IMG/VR virus record: IMGVR_UViG_2711768068_000024
DNA: 43,439 bases
Source: a virus
Taxonomy: Duplodnaviria; Heunggongvirae; Uroviricota; Caudoviricetes
Strand: one strand, 5' to 3'
The notes under the pieces are model-generated. The model did no database searches. It saw only the letters and a list, made by a program, of their open reading frames with translations, and had not been told where the DNA came from. Shown piece after piece: positions 27,846 through 38,004 of this stretch. Positions within the stretch are counted from its first letter, which is position 1; each line of letters begins with the position of its first letter. The translations under genes were made by a program, and so were the position numbers.

Positions 27846-28814
27846 GTGGGATCTTTCAGTTTACTTGCATCACGACCAATACCAACTGTGCTAGAAACAA
27901 GACAGTTTAACTCAGTTAACGGCAGTGACGCCGAATCTTATGCAATGAGTCAATTCATTCTTGCTTGTAGAGGAGAGGGGCACTGGGGTTCCAGGGAAGA
28001 CGACAATTCAAAAATAGATTTAATATTATCCTTCGAACATCCATGGGCATCAAAAGAAAGAATGCTTATATTATCGCAAGTTAAATCAGGGGCAACTTAT
28101 GGTCATTTATTAGAGAAAGGTTTTGTATTAAATTCGGCCGCAAAAAAAGCAGCCAAAAGGACAACTCACCATATATGTGTCGTTTGGGTTGACAGAACTA
28201 ATCGTAAAGCATTTTGGGCCTATATACATCCAAACACTACCCTTAAAAACCAAACTTATGGAGAATATCACTTAATCACTCCGGCCACACGGTTTGACCT
28301 GGCTCGCTGTATGTCCATGGTACGTGCAGGTGAAACTGGAGCAAAAGGAATCCATGTAAGAAGAAGAAACTCACTACTTAATAATCGGCGAGCGTTTGTT
28401 AAAAAACGTTATTCTGAACAGAAAGAAATCACATCTCCGGTGCTTGGGAAAATCGAGCTTACACGGCTGGGTTGGAGACATATGTTCAGAAAGAGTCGCA
28501 GAGAAGAAAACAAAGCAACGAGTTTGGACATTATTCCCTACTTGAGAAATTTACTAGTTCGGTTTCCTTCAACTCATGCTATTACTTCTTCTGATGTCCG
28601 TGATTACGGCTGTTTTACTTACCAAAGAAGAGAGCACTTATTGAAATTTAATAATCTAGAGGTTACTTATGCCAAAGGAGAGGGAAAAAATAAAGTATGT
28701 GCTTATATTCGTGTTATAGAAGAAATAAGGTATCCAAAAGATTGGACTAACGCGGTAATGCTATCACAGCAGGTTGAAAGACGAGTGGTTTTGAAGTCAG
28801 CATATTATAAATAA
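27846..28814 (+). CDS. Hypothetical cargo protein at the tin/old-equivalent position (between cos and gene A)
   Basis: 322-aa AT-rich ORF with GTG start preceded by GGAGAG; basic C-terminal half; weak nuclease-like motif (KIDLILSF ... LSQVK), not confidently assigned. Confidence 0.6.
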   Translation: MGSFSLLASRPIPTVLETRQFNSVNGSDAESYAMSQFILACRGEGHWGSREDDNSKIDLILSFEHPWASKERMLILSQVKSGATYGHLLEKGFVLNSAAKKAAKRTTHHICVVWVDRTNRKAFWAYIHPNTTLKNQTYGEYHLITPATRFDLARCMSMVRAGETGAKGIHVRRRNSLLNNRRAFVKKRYSEQKEITSPVLGKIELTRLGWRHMFRKSRREENKATSLDIIPYLRNLLVRFPSTHAITSSDVRDYGCFTYQRREHLLKFNNLEVTYAKGEGKNKVCAYIRVIEEIRYPKDWTNAVMLSQQVERRVVLKSAYYK

Positions 28815-29398
28815 CGAGGCCGTTGGGAAGCCAGCACTTGCGCCCATGCTCTGCCAGATTCCGGTTTCGAATCGGTTCTCTGGCAATAATGCGGATAGCG
28901 TACTGGGCATCAGCCTTAGCTTTTGCACTCAACCCAACGACCAAGTGATGAAGCATACTAGTAAAGAAACTTTAATTCTAGATGTTTTGAAGCAATTCTC
29001 ACATCAAGTATTAATTTTTCTAAAGCAATGACCTAATGGTATGTCAGGTTTCAACGAAAATTGGCAACCAATCTAGATAACTGTACCTTTTCAAAAAACT
29101 GGTGCGTATCGTTAGTCTCCTTTCGCCGTTGTTCCAGTCTGGTCGCTTCAATAAAAAGCAAGGCCGCCGTACAGCGAAACTATATAATCATAGCTTAAGC
29201 CAAATCACTCATCTAAGGTGTGGCTCCATTAGTAGTTTGAGCGCTAACAGCCCCTCTGGCGATAAAACTACTCAATACCTGGCACGAAGCAAAATCTGGA
29301 AGTTACTATTTTTTTCCCATGACTAACGCCTCGCATGGCTCGTTGATCAACCTTGCTAGCGTCAGAATCAAGTCCTAACGCCAGCAACGTTTCTAAGC

Positions 29399-29587
29399 CT
29401 AACCGGGGAGATCCATTGAACGGTTGTACTCATGAGTACGGATTTTCGCCATTAACTCATCGGTCAGCTCCGAAACCCACTGGATAGCAAGCCGCTTCTC
29501 TTCATCATCGCACTCACTAGCCGCTACAAGCTTAAGAAAAAAATCAATGCGCTGGAGCTTCAAAGACTCCAAAAAATAGTCCTGCAT
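29399..29587 (-). CDS. Hypothetical small protein downstream of A
   Basis: 62-aa ORF in the orf91-like position; weak support. Confidence 0.3.
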   Translation of the reverse strand: MQDYFLESLKLQRIDFFLKLVAASECDDEEKRLAIQWVSELTDELMAKIRTHEYNRSMDLPG

Positions 29588-29741
29588 CTTTCCTCCTATG
29601 ACACCACACGCAATACTGTATGTATAACCACTGTTTATATTTACAGTATATAATAATCTTACTGATGTAAAACGTTTTTTTTACGCTTATCAGCCTGATA
29701 TGCCTGATATTATTAAGAGCACGAATTGTTAACCAGCGTAA

Positions 29742-32156
29742 TTAATACAGGTTCCGCCACTTATCATCTTCCTGCAAACGCTGGTTCCGATAGAAGATAC
29801 GCAGGCCTGCTCCTGACGGAATACTGCCGCCGCGAAGGAGTAAATCGACCTCTTTCTCGCTGCCATCAAATCCTCTGGATTTCAGTTCATAGACGAGCTG
29901 CTGTCGTTGATGGTCTGTAATTCGCTGTTTGTAGTCTCTACGCCGTTTCGGTTTCACCAGACGTAACCTTGCAGCCAATTCCCGGCGCTCCTTTTTGTTC
30001 ATACTGTGCAGGTAATCGTGCAACACCTTGTCATCCATGCGGGTAATGTCCGTTCTGGGGTCCCCATCAGCTGATTTATCTTTCTCCTGTTGGTTCAAAT
30101 TTTCAGCAAGGGGACAGTTATTGCCACGAGTCCAAGGGGCGCAAGCGCCCTGGTCGGCTGCCGCCTCCTGAACGTCAACGGCCTTACGAACCATTTTCCA
30201 CTTCACCGCATGAGTGCAGATCTTGCCCTCTGCAATGGGTGACCAGATGCCATAAATACGAATACCGTGATCGCCATAGGCGGTCGGCTCTTCGTTGATT
30301 TCATAAGCAGTTCTGATGAGGTGATATTTGCGGGGAACCAGTACGCCGCCCTGCTTCATGATGTAGGTGGCAAAACAACCAGCATCAGCAGCAGCCAGGA
30401 TTGCATCAAGGCGCGGGTTATCCAGTACCGGCGCACCTGCTTTTTTGTCCCCCTGTTGCCTTGCCGCCTGACCAGCCAGCAATCGCAGTTCACGGTAAGC
30501 CTGACGCCCCGGAATGCCAAAGAAGCGGAATTGCTGAACACGATGCAGAGACGCCCAGGCATTAACGTATTCAGCGTTATCACGCAGGGATTTACCCGTT
30601 TCCTTGCTGATCTCGCCAGCCAGACCACGCCCGTCAATGTTCTTACTGATGTATTTCGCGATGTAGCTTGTTGGCGTACCTTTGCGCGGGTTTATCAGCT
30701 CAGACTTAAAGCGTGGCCCCGTGTTATTGCCCAGCTCCTCGCGGTCTTCACGGATGGCAAACTTACGCAACAATGCAGTAATGGCGCGGCGGTCTTTTTT
30801 GCGCATGAAACACAACAGGTGCCAGTGAACTGTGCCGTCATGATGCGGTTCAGCCACCCGCACGCCATACCAGCGCAACCCGGCTTTGTGCATAGCCTTA
30901 CGAAATGCAGCAAACATGCCGACCAGATAATCGCTGCTTTGTCTTACCGTCGCGTTTGTCCAGGTCGGGTTTGGTCTGCCGTTATTGAGCGTGGAATGGA
31001 AACGCGACGGACAGGTGATAGTGTAGAAAACGGCACAGTCACTGCGCATTTCTGCGATAAGCTCCAGACCTTTAACACAGGCCATCATCTCATTGCGGCG
31101 ATGCGCCGGGTTGCTGCTGCTGGCGTTTACCACATCCTCCATGTCCAGCGTGTCGCCGTCTTCGTTCACCAGTTCATGAGAACGGAAAAACTCCAGCGAC
31201 TTACGGCGCTGCTCACGTTTATGCATCACGGCTTCATAGCTGACATAGGGAGATGCTTTTTTGCTGACCAGGCAAACAGCACGCAACTGCTCTTCCCGCC
31301 ATTCGCAACGCATCTTCCATAATTTCCGGTACCACCAATCGGCGCACAACATACGCGCCAGCGAACCCGGAATGAGTTCATAGGGCACGGGTTTACGGCG
31401 GTTTCTTTTCCGACGAAGTTGCTCAAACGCAGGCGGGATAACATCCAGTCGCAGGGTTTCTGCTGCCACCTTTTCCCATGTCTTGCGGATTTCTTCTGGC
31501 TTAACATCATCGGTGGCGTACAAATCACCACAAGCGGCATCAAGACACATGCTCATATGCGCAGCGACAAGAGTAGACAGGCGTTTCACCTGATCCTGAC
31601 TCATTTCAGGCAGAATCAGCAGGTCGTCCAGCCCTACATGGCTTGCCATAAAACGAAAAGATGCAGATAGCTGGCTGTCGCGTACATGCTCCAGTCGCTC
31701 CAAACATGGCTTAATCGTCTCACGCAAATAGCGGGAATAAGCCTTTGGCCTGCCCAAGCTGCTGAAGTATTCAATACGTTGCATCAGCGGCTTGCTGATA
31801 TGGGAAGGCTGGGCATTGACGTCCGCCAGAATGACCATATCTGGATTAAAACGCTGCTGCTCATGCGCCAGCTTTGCCCGACTAATGAGCTTATCCTGCT
31901 CCATTTCGCGCTGGACAGGATCACGGGATTCATTAAAGAAATAACGCTCCCAGACCTGATCACTCAGTGCCTCGCGGCGCAGGTGTTCCTGCTCGTTATC
32001 GGCAGCGTACAGAGCGATCAGGTTTGAAAGCGCAGAAACCGGCGCAACTTCCGCCGGGTCCAGATAAGGGTTAATGGCCTTTTTCGGGCTGTTCCATGAG
32101 AACGCTGCGGCAGCCTCGTTAAAGCCGCAGCAGTTGTTCATATCGGCATGGCTCAT
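29742..32156 (-). CDS. Replication initiation protein gpA (rolling-circle nickase)
   Basis: 804 aa, P2/186 A-like size and position. Confidence 0.9.
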   Translation of the reverse strand: MSHADMNNCCGFNEAAAAFSWNSPKKAINPYLDPAEVAPVSALSNLIALYAADNEQEHLRREALSDQVWERYFFNESRDPVQREMEQDKLISRAKLAHEQQRFNPDMVILADVNAQPSHISKPLMQRIEYFSSLGRPKAYSRYLRETIKPCLERLEHVRDSQLSASFRFMASHVGLDDLLILPEMSQDQVKRLSTLVAAHMSMCLDAACGDLYATDDVKPEEIRKTWEKVAAETLRLDVIPPAFEQLRRKRNRRKPVPYELIPGSLARMLCADWWYRKLWKMRCEWREEQLRAVCLVSKKASPYVSYEAVMHKREQRRKSLEFFRSHELVNEDGDTLDMEDVVNASSSNPAHRRNEMMACVKGLELIAEMRSDCAVFYTITCPSRFHSTLNNGRPNPTWTNATVRQSSDYLVGMFAAFRKAMHKAGLRWYGVRVAEPHHDGTVHWHLLCFMRKKDRRAITALLRKFAIREDREELGNNTGPRFKSELINPRKGTPTSYIAKYISKNIDGRGLAGEISKETGKSLRDNAEYVNAWASLHRVQQFRFFGIPGRQAYRELRLLAGQAARQQGDKKAGAPVLDNPRLDAILAAADAGCFATYIMKQGGVLVPRKYHLIRTAYEINEEPTAYGDHGIRIYGIWSPIAEGKICTHAVKWKMVRKAVDVQEAAADQGACAPWTRGNNCPLAENLNQQEKDKSADGDPRTDITRMDDKVLHDYLHSMNKKERRELAARLRLVKPKRRRDYKQRITDHQRQQLVYELKSRGFDGSEKEVDLLLRGGSIPSGAGLRIFYRNQRLQEDDKWRNLY

Positions 32157-33010
32157 GCACGTACTCCGTACACGGCAGAACTATCCAGGCCACGCGAATA
32201 ATCAAATCCCACCCAGCAGCGCGGCCCGGAAACAGCAATGATTTCTGTTGCTGATTTACCCTCGCCAGCTGCCACACCGATGCTGCGTTTTACCTTGATA
32301 TAGTGGTGAGTAAAATTGCGATACAGCGAACGGATCAGGGATGTGTCACTGTTAGAAACAATGACCGGATGTCCTTCTGATGACCGATGTTCAAGAACGG
32401 ATGCCAGGTGATACTGGTCATCTTCAGTGAAACCATCAGTGTGATAGCCGGAAAACGTACCGTCATACGGCGGATCGCAATACACCACATCCCCTGCCTT
32501 CAACATCGCCAGCGTTTCATCAAAGCTGGCGCAGATAAACGTTGCTCGCTGGGCTTTTTCTGCAAATGCGCGAATTTCTTTTTCAGGGAAATACGGATTT
32601 TTATAATTACCGTAGGGAATGTTGAAATGCCCGCTCTTGTTATAGCGACATAAACCACGGTAACCGTGACGATTGAGATACAGGAAATATACCGCTTTCA
32701 TGAAATCAGTAATTTCAGTTGAGTAATTAAACTCCTGCCTTATGTTGTAATAAGCCACCTCCCTGTTTGCGATCTCAAATAAAACTCTGGCGCGAGATAT
32801 AAACGATTCACAATCAGCAGCAACCTTTTTATAGAGGTTGATTAAATCAGGATTAATATCCGCAACCAGATAGCTGGGGTAATCCGTCTCCATCATCACT
32901 GCACAGGAACCCGCGAAAGGTTCAACCAGTCGCGGGCCAGCAGGAAGGTATTTTTTCAGTTCGGACATAATGGCAGTTTTATTACCCGCCCATTTCAGGA
33001 TGGTGCTCAT
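32153..33010 (-). CDS. DNA adenine methyltransferase (Dam family)
   Basis: N-terminus [11 protein letters not shown], catalytic DPPY motif ([11 protein letters not shown]); start trimmed from the track ORF (33070) to the Dam-like Met that overlaps the upstream stop. Confidence 0.85.
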   Translation of the reverse strand: MSTILKWAGNKTAIMSELKKYLPAGPRLVEPFAGSCAVMMETDYPSYLVADINPDLINLYKKVAADCESFISRARVLFEIANREVAYYNIRQEFNYSTEITDFMKAVYFLYLNRHGYRGLCRYNKSGHFNIPYGNYKNPYFPEKEIRAFAEKAQRATFICASFDETLAMLKAGDVVYCDPPYDGTFSGYHTDGFTEDDQYHLASVLEHRSSEGHPVIVSNSDTSLIRSLYRNFTHHYIKVKRSIGVAAGEGKSATEIIAVSGPRCWVGFDYSRGLDSSAVYGVRA

Positions 33011-33234
33011 ACAGCACCTCCGTTGTAATGTTTGCCTTTCAGTTCTGCGATTTCCTGGCAGGTAATGCAAAGCTGCACACCCGGAATGGCGCGGCGTCGT
33101 ACTGGCGGAATTGGCGCTTCACACTCAATGCAAAGCACGCGGGACACGCCCGGTGTTTTGGCACGGGCAGCACGGATATGGCGCTGGCGTTCTTCTTCAA
33201 CGCGCTGCTGTACGAGATCCATTGCATCAGCCAT
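33007..33234 (-). CDS. TraR/DksA-type C4 zinc-finger protein
   Basis: 75 aa with CIECEAPIP...LCITCQ. Confidence 0.7.
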   Translation of the reverse strand: MADAMDLVQQRVEEERQRHIRAARAKTPGVSRVLCIECEAPIPPVRRRAIPGVQLCITCQEIAELKGKHYNGGAV

Positions 33235-33473
33235 TAGTGGATCTCCTGCGCTTCGTTCTGGATTGCTTCAGCAGTCACACGCAGCAGTTCTGCCGCTTCG
33301 ACGTGGTTTAGCTGGCGGGATGTGATATGACACGCAAGACTATCAAGGCGGGCAGCCATTGCTTCAGCCCTTGCCCGGCGTTCTTCCAGACGAGCCTCTG
33401 TCAGTAAAAGATTAAGCCCTGCATCATCCGGTCCGGTTTTAGTGGCGCGGGTTTCAATATTACGCATTGTCAA
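33234..33473 (-). CDS. Hypothetical early-operon protein
   Basis: 79-aa ORF start-stop coupled to the downstream gene. Confidence 0.5.
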   Translation of the reverse strand: MTMRNIETRATKTGPDDAGLNLLLTEARLEERRARAEAMAARLDSLACHITSRQLNHVEAAELLRVTAEAIQNEAQEIH

Positions 33474-33534
33474 TTCTCCTGAATTTAGATAAAGGGATGC
33501 CCGGCGGGTTTACGCCATGAATTTCATTAGTTGG

Positions 33535-33876
33535 TTAATTCGGCATGGTTAGCCGTCTGGGAAATAAGCTCACCACTGCACGAAAATGATTCATTGCTTT
33601 AATCAACTCCCGCTTTTCGTCAGTGGTCAGCTCATTAATGCTGATGCTATGACGTTCAGCTGGAATTTTTGCCATAAAGAATATGGCAGCCAGTGCCCGT
33701 TTATTTTGTTCGCTATTAATATCCCGTGGATCACGCATATCTTTAATAAACCGCTCAAGCTCTGACTCAATATTCATGCCAAAAACTTTCGCCCTTAACT
33801 CCGCAATGTGATTAAGTCCATTCAGGCGTTCACCGGGGCTTAATGGAACAGTTGCTGCAGCGCCATTAATTGCCAT
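33535..33876 (-). CDS. Hypothetical early-operon protein
   Basis: 113-aa ORF in the 186 early region between cII and A. Confidence 0.5.
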   Translation of the reverse strand: MAINGAAATVPLSPGERLNGLNHIAELRAKVFGMNIESELERFIKDMRDPRDINSEQNKRALAAIFFMAKIPAERHSISINELTTDEKRELIKAMNHFRAVVSLFPRRLTMPN

Positions 33877-33898
33877 ACTTCATATCCCCCAAACGCAG

Positions 33899-34123
33899 CT
33901 ATCGTTCTTTGTTCTTACGGTAACGCTCAAGAGGAGATACATTTTTTCGTATCGTCTCTTTAACCTGCTCTCCCCGTAAAAACGTCCCATCCTTTAACGT
34001 GAAAAAGTAACTGCCATCGCCCGACAATGACGGATAGCAACAGAGCAAATCATCTTCAGGTACTGAATAACTCTCCCCTCTGTAACGAAACTGATAAACC
34101 ACTTCACTTTCTGCCGCATACAT
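33899..34123 (-). CDS. Hypothetical small protein
   Basis: 74-aa ORF; overlaps an alternative 108-aa frame (33994..34320), cannot say which is real. Confidence 0.35.
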   Translation of the reverse strand: MYAAESEVVYQFRYRGESYSVPEDDLLCCYPSLSGDGSYFFTLKDGTFLRGEQVKETIRKNVSPLERYRKNKER

Positions 34124-34297
34124 TTGGACTTTCTCCGTTTCCTCGTGGTCAATTCAGACAGCAATTCATCTTGTGAATGACATGGATGCCAGCGTTTTCC
34201 ATCCTCACCCGTGATCCAGCCGTGACCGTAGTGCATTGCCGGACTTTGTTTTACCAGCAGCGACGCAAATGATGGTTCTTTCGTCAGCATAAGCACC

Positions 34298-34807
34298 TCA
34301 CAGCAAACCGAATGAAGCACCGAGGCCAGTCACAGTATCAACTGCACTCGCCATCGCAGGGTTAGCCTGTAAACGGGCCTGCAATGAAACAGCCGCCAGC
34401 GCCATCAGTCGTGTTACAGAATTAATGCTGCTGATGGCATCACGACGACCGGCACTGGTTTTTACATCGCCAGATACCGCACCTGCAGCAACACGCCCGA
34501 TCTCTGCGGTTGCACTCATGACGTAATGCGGCAGTTTCTCTTTTGCTACCTCATTAATCGGTACACATGGCAGGCAGTGAATCTGTGCCAGAAAACCATC
34601 TATCAGCGTTGAATCTTCAGTCAGATCGGTAAGCAGCCAGATTTCTGGCGCATTGAGCTGATGCGGTTGATCTGGGTTGAGTTTGTTTCGCAGAGTCTGG
34701 ACATTCATTCCTGCACGTTCTGCCAGCTTCGCCATATTGTGACGAAGTGCAAAAGCTCTACAGGCTTCATCAAAATGCGGGTGTTTGGAAATCTTATAAT
34801 CAAACAT
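34298..34807 (-). CDS. cII: Lysogeny establishment regulator CII (186-type)
   Basis: 169 aa (same length as 186 CII), directly downstream of apl. Confidence 0.75.
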   Translation of the reverse strand: MFDYKISKHPHFDEACRAFALRHNMAKLAERAGMNVQTLRNKLNPDQPHQLNAPEIWLLTDLTEDSTLIDGFLAQIHCLPCVPINEVAKEKLPHYVMSATAEIGRVAAGAVSGDVKTSAGRRDAISSINSVTRLMALAAVSLQARLQANPAMASAVDTVTGLGASFGLL

Positions 34808-34839
34808 GCTACCCCCTTAGAAAGTTCTCATAATTGAAC

Positions 34840-35082
34840 TTACTTACCAACAATGACGCGGAAGTTGGAATGACCGAGGGATTCACGGACCTGATCGGTT
34901 TTGTACATTAAATAACGCAGGCTTACGCGGCCTTTGTTTTTTTCTTTCTTGACCATGTATTTAGCAAGCTGACCATGGTGAATTTTTTGATACACGGAGC
35001 CGCGGGAGATACCTTCCCATTCCGCGAACTCTGCAGGCGTAGCCATCTCTTTTGGTACACGAATTGAAATATCAGTGCTCAT
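34840..35082 (-). CDS. apl: Excisionase/transcriptional regulator Apl (Cox-like)
   Basis: 80-aa HTH protein, first gene of the lytic operon, divergent from cI. Confidence 0.7.
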   Translation of the reverse strand: MSTDISIRVPKEMATPAEFAEWEGISRGSVYQKIHHGQLAKYMVKKEKNKGRVSLRYLMYKTDQVRESLGHSNFRVIVGK

Positions 35083-35201
35083 AGTGCAGTATCTCCCGAT
35101 TAAGGTTTGGTTTACGTCGTTTTATCTCGTTTTACTTGATTCAATATTTGATACATCGAGATACTACGATCCAATATTTGATACGTCAACAGGATTAAAA
35201 A
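35083..35201. promoter_or_regulatory. Immunity switch region (face-to-face pR/pL) with direct repeats
   Basis: Two copies of CAATATTTGATAC(A/G)TC 30 bp apart (~35142-35157 and ~35172-35187) plus CGTTTTA repeats (~35116-35134), between divergent apl and cI. Confidence 0.55.
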
Positions 35202-35834
35202 ATGATACATGTAAAGGTTGGAGAGAATACAGGGGGAAGAGAGGCTATCCATAGACTAATGGCAGCCTATGATTTCAAGTCCAGACAGCAACTTTGCGAT
35301 CACTTAGGCGCATCAAAAAGCACCATGGCAAACAGATACTTAAGAGATAGTTTTCCTGCAGAGTGGGTGATTCAGTGCGCCTTGGAAACAGGAGTTTCTT
35401 TACTGTGGCTAACCACCGGACAGGGGGAGCCAGGTTCAAACATTGAACCCCAAAAAAATATCAATTCCGTGAACTCCAGCAAGGTTATACCTCTTTCTGA
35501 ACTAGTATCTCCTGAAATTGACAAGGCGACTCTCAACGGTGGTTTATTGATCGATGCTGGAAAAGCAATCATTGATAGCAGCATACTCCCCTCAGACTCA
35601 AGCAACCTACTGCTGGTGACTACTTCTGGTGATTCTTATTTAATAGATCGCAACCAAACACCACCAGTAAATGGTATGTGGTTAGTCGATATCGACGGGA
35701 TAAAAAGCATTGTTAAATTGACTCGACTCCCGGGAAACAAATTAGTAGTACATCAGGATGATTCATCGTTTGAGTGTGGCCTAGATGACATTGAGGTAGT
35801 AGGCCGCGCACTGAAAATCATTAAGAGCCTTTGA
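35202..35834 (+). CDS. cI: Immunity repressor CI (186-type, N-terminal HTH)
   Basis: 210 aa; HTH segment QQLCDHLGASKSTMANRYLR; immediately followed by int on the same strand as in 186. Confidence 0.75.
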   Translation: MIHVKVGENTGGREAIHRLMAAYDFKSRQQLCDHLGASKSTMANRYLRDSFPAEWVIQCALETGVSLLWLTTGQGEPGSNIEPQKNINSVNSSKVIPLSELVSPEIDKATLNGGLLIDAGKAIIDSSILPSDSSNLLLVTTSGDSYLIDRNQTPPVNGMWLVDIDGIKSIVKLTRLPGNKLVVHQDDSSFECGLDDIEVVGRALKIIKSL

Positions 35835-35835
35835 T

Positions 35836-36852
35836 ATGACCATCAGAAAACAGCCGAACGGAAAATGGTTGTGTGAGTGCTATCCCAATGGACGCAATGG
35901 TAAGCGCGTGCGTAAGCAATTTGCTACGAAAGGCGAAGCCATTGCTTTTGAAAGCTTCACAATGGAAGAAGTGAATAAAAAACCGTGGTTGGGTGAAAAG
36001 GATGATCGGCGACGCCTATCAGAATTAATTGAGCTTTGGTATTCCCTGTATGGTCAGACACTCGCAGACCCCAAGCGCCTCATGGCGAAACTTAGAATTA
36101 TCTGTAATGGTCTAGGCGACCCCATCGCCTCAGAACTGACAGCCGGTGACTTTACGAAATACCGCGAAGCACGGTTAAAAGGTGACGTTCGTAACGAAGA
36201 CGGCACACTAATGTCGCCAGTAAAACCACGCACGGTGAATCTTGAGCAACGTAACCTATCATCGGTTTTTGGCACATTGAAAAAACTAGGCCACTGGTCA
36301 GCACCAAATCCTCTCGCCGGGCTGCCAACATTTAAAATCGCTGAGGGGGAACTGGCGTTCCTGACCTCGGAAGAAATTAAACGTCTGCTAGATGCCTGCG
36401 CTGATTCTCAAAACCCCAGTCTGCTTTTGATTGCAAAAATATGCCTGGCCACCGGCGCACGCTGGAGTGAAGCCGAAAACCTGCAGGGCCATCAGTTATC
36501 TAAATACCGCATCACTTATACCAAGACGAAGGGTAAGAAAAACCGCACCGTGCCGATATCTCAAGATCTGTATGACGAACTCCCCAAGAACAGAGGGAAG
36601 CTATTCACCCCGTGCAGAAAAGCCTTTGAACGAGCAGTAAAGCGAGCTGGCATCGAGCTGCCAGAGGGCCAATGCACTCACGTGCTACGTCATACATTCG
36701 CCAGCCATTTTATGATGAATGGCGGAAACATACTGGTGCTGCGCGATATTCTGGGCCATGCCGATATAAAAATGACGATGATCTATTCTCATTTTTCACC
36801 AGAACACTTAGAAGATGCAGTAACTAAGAATCCTTTAAATTATATTGAGTGA
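35836..36852 (+). CDS. int: Tyrosine integrase (P2/186 family)
   Basis: 338 aa; C-terminal catalytic region (..HVLRHTFASHFMMNGG..LRDILGHADIKMTMIYSH) with the R...H-x-x-R...Y pattern; adjacent to attR. Confidence 0.9.
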   Translation: MTIRKQPNGKWLCECYPNGRNGKRVRKQFATKGEAIAFESFTMEEVNKKPWLGEKDDRRRLSELIELWYSLYGQTLADPKRLMAKLRIICNGLGDPIASELTAGDFTKYREARLKGDVRNEDGTLMSPVKPRTVNLEQRNLSSVFGTLKKLGHWSAPNPLAGLPTFKIAEGELAFLTSEEIKRLLDACADSQNPSLLLIAKICLATGARWSEAENLQGHQLSKYRITYTKTKGKKNRTVPISQDLYDELPKNRGKLFTPCRKAFERAVKRAGIELPEGQCTHVLRHTFASHFMMNGGNILVLRDILGHADIKMTMIYSHFSPEHLEDAVTKNPLNYIE

Positions 36853-37919
36853 AAATCATGTTAAGTGATACTTGTTATACAGTGATTTATATTGCAGCAA
36901 TCGTTTTATTAGTATTTATTACAATAGTAAAAAAATGGTACATGCTTGATAAAAGAAATTTATTTCGTCAGAAATTATTTTGGATTTCAGTTTTAACACC
37001 TTTATTTTCCTTTATCTATTTTGGTTTTTTCACATGGTGGGGAAAAGAACCAGTACTCTCCGCACATGGCTATTCAAGATTTTACGAAATAAGCAAATTC
37101 CCTCTACTATTGCTAGCTAGTGCAGTTCCTTTGGCTTCGATCGTCAACAATATACATCGCACTATACAAACCGAAGCTCAGATCAACACCGCTGAAACGA
37201 AAAATGCAGTCGATAGATATTTAGCACATGAGAAAAACTTTATTGAGAAAACAAAGGAAATATTCGCCTACAATCTTCAAAGCGCGAGAGACTCAGATGG
37301 AAACCTCATTAAATTCAATGGCGAACCAAATATCACTTTGTTTACAGCAGATGAAATTAAAATTTCCAACCCATATCTTTTATATACAAAAATATACAAC
37401 AAATCAAATATAGAGACCACATCTAACTTCACCGCAAACCCTGATTTTTTAGTGCAATTAAAGGAGTACTTAAACACAATTAATAATACTCTGTCGGTTC
37501 AACACTCTATAGATGAATATAATCCATTAAGTTACATGATTCGACTTAACACTTTGTCATATAATACAGCCTCGTTATTAGACCTGATATGTACATCCCC
37601 CATATCTCATGTATACTGTTTGATAAAATATGATGGGTATCAATTAAAAACATTTACACTTGAAGAACAAGTATTCGCCGATATTTTAGAAATATCATAT
37701 CTTCTATCAAGAAAACTAATTCGTTTGATATATAATGAAGATATACCACATTACGACAACATTTATAATTACTTATATGTTGGTAAGTTGAGGTTTAAAT
37801 TCAGAAAACACGCCAATTCTTTACAAGCATTTTCTTCGCAGGAATGGGCTGATTACGTTTCTGAAGCACTAACTCTAGTTCCTAACGAAGTTGGCGGCAC
37901 TTTGGCGGCAGCGCATTAA
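36849..37919 (+). CDS. Membrane-anchored cargo protein of unknown function between int and attR
   Basis: 356-aa very AT-rich ORF (GTG at 36849 or ATG at 36858); three predicted N-terminal TM helices then an Asn/Tyr/Ile-rich soluble domain. Confidence 0.65.
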   Translation: MKIMLSDTCYTVIYIAAIVLLVFITIVKKWYMLDKRNLFRQKLFWISVLTPLFSFIYFGFFTWWGKEPVLSAHGYSRFYEISKFPLLLLASAVPLASIVNNIHRTIQTEAQINTAETKNAVDRYLAHEKNFIEKTKEIFAYNLQSARDSDGNLIKFNGEPNITLFTADEIKISNPYLLYTKIYNKSNIETTSNFTANPDFLVQLKEYLNTINNTLSVQHSIDEYNPLSYMIRLNTLSYNTASLLDLICTSPISHVYCLIKYDGYQLKTFTLEEQVFADILEISYLLSRKLIRLIYNEDIPHYDNIYNYLYVGKLRFKFRKHANSLQAFSSQEWADYVSEALTLVPNEVGGTLAAAH

Positions 37920-38004
37920 AAATTAGTAAAATGGACAAACACTACATAACAATAACGCACTGTTTTTAAATGCAAACTACTGTTTTTGCTATAGTAAAAA
38001 TGGT

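Noticed and set aside
33994-34320. 108-aa ORF overlapping the 74-aa ORF and the end of cII
   Set aside because: It overlaps two other frames; a short real gene may exist in about 34130-34290, but the full 108-aa frame probably is not real and I cannot choose a start confidently.
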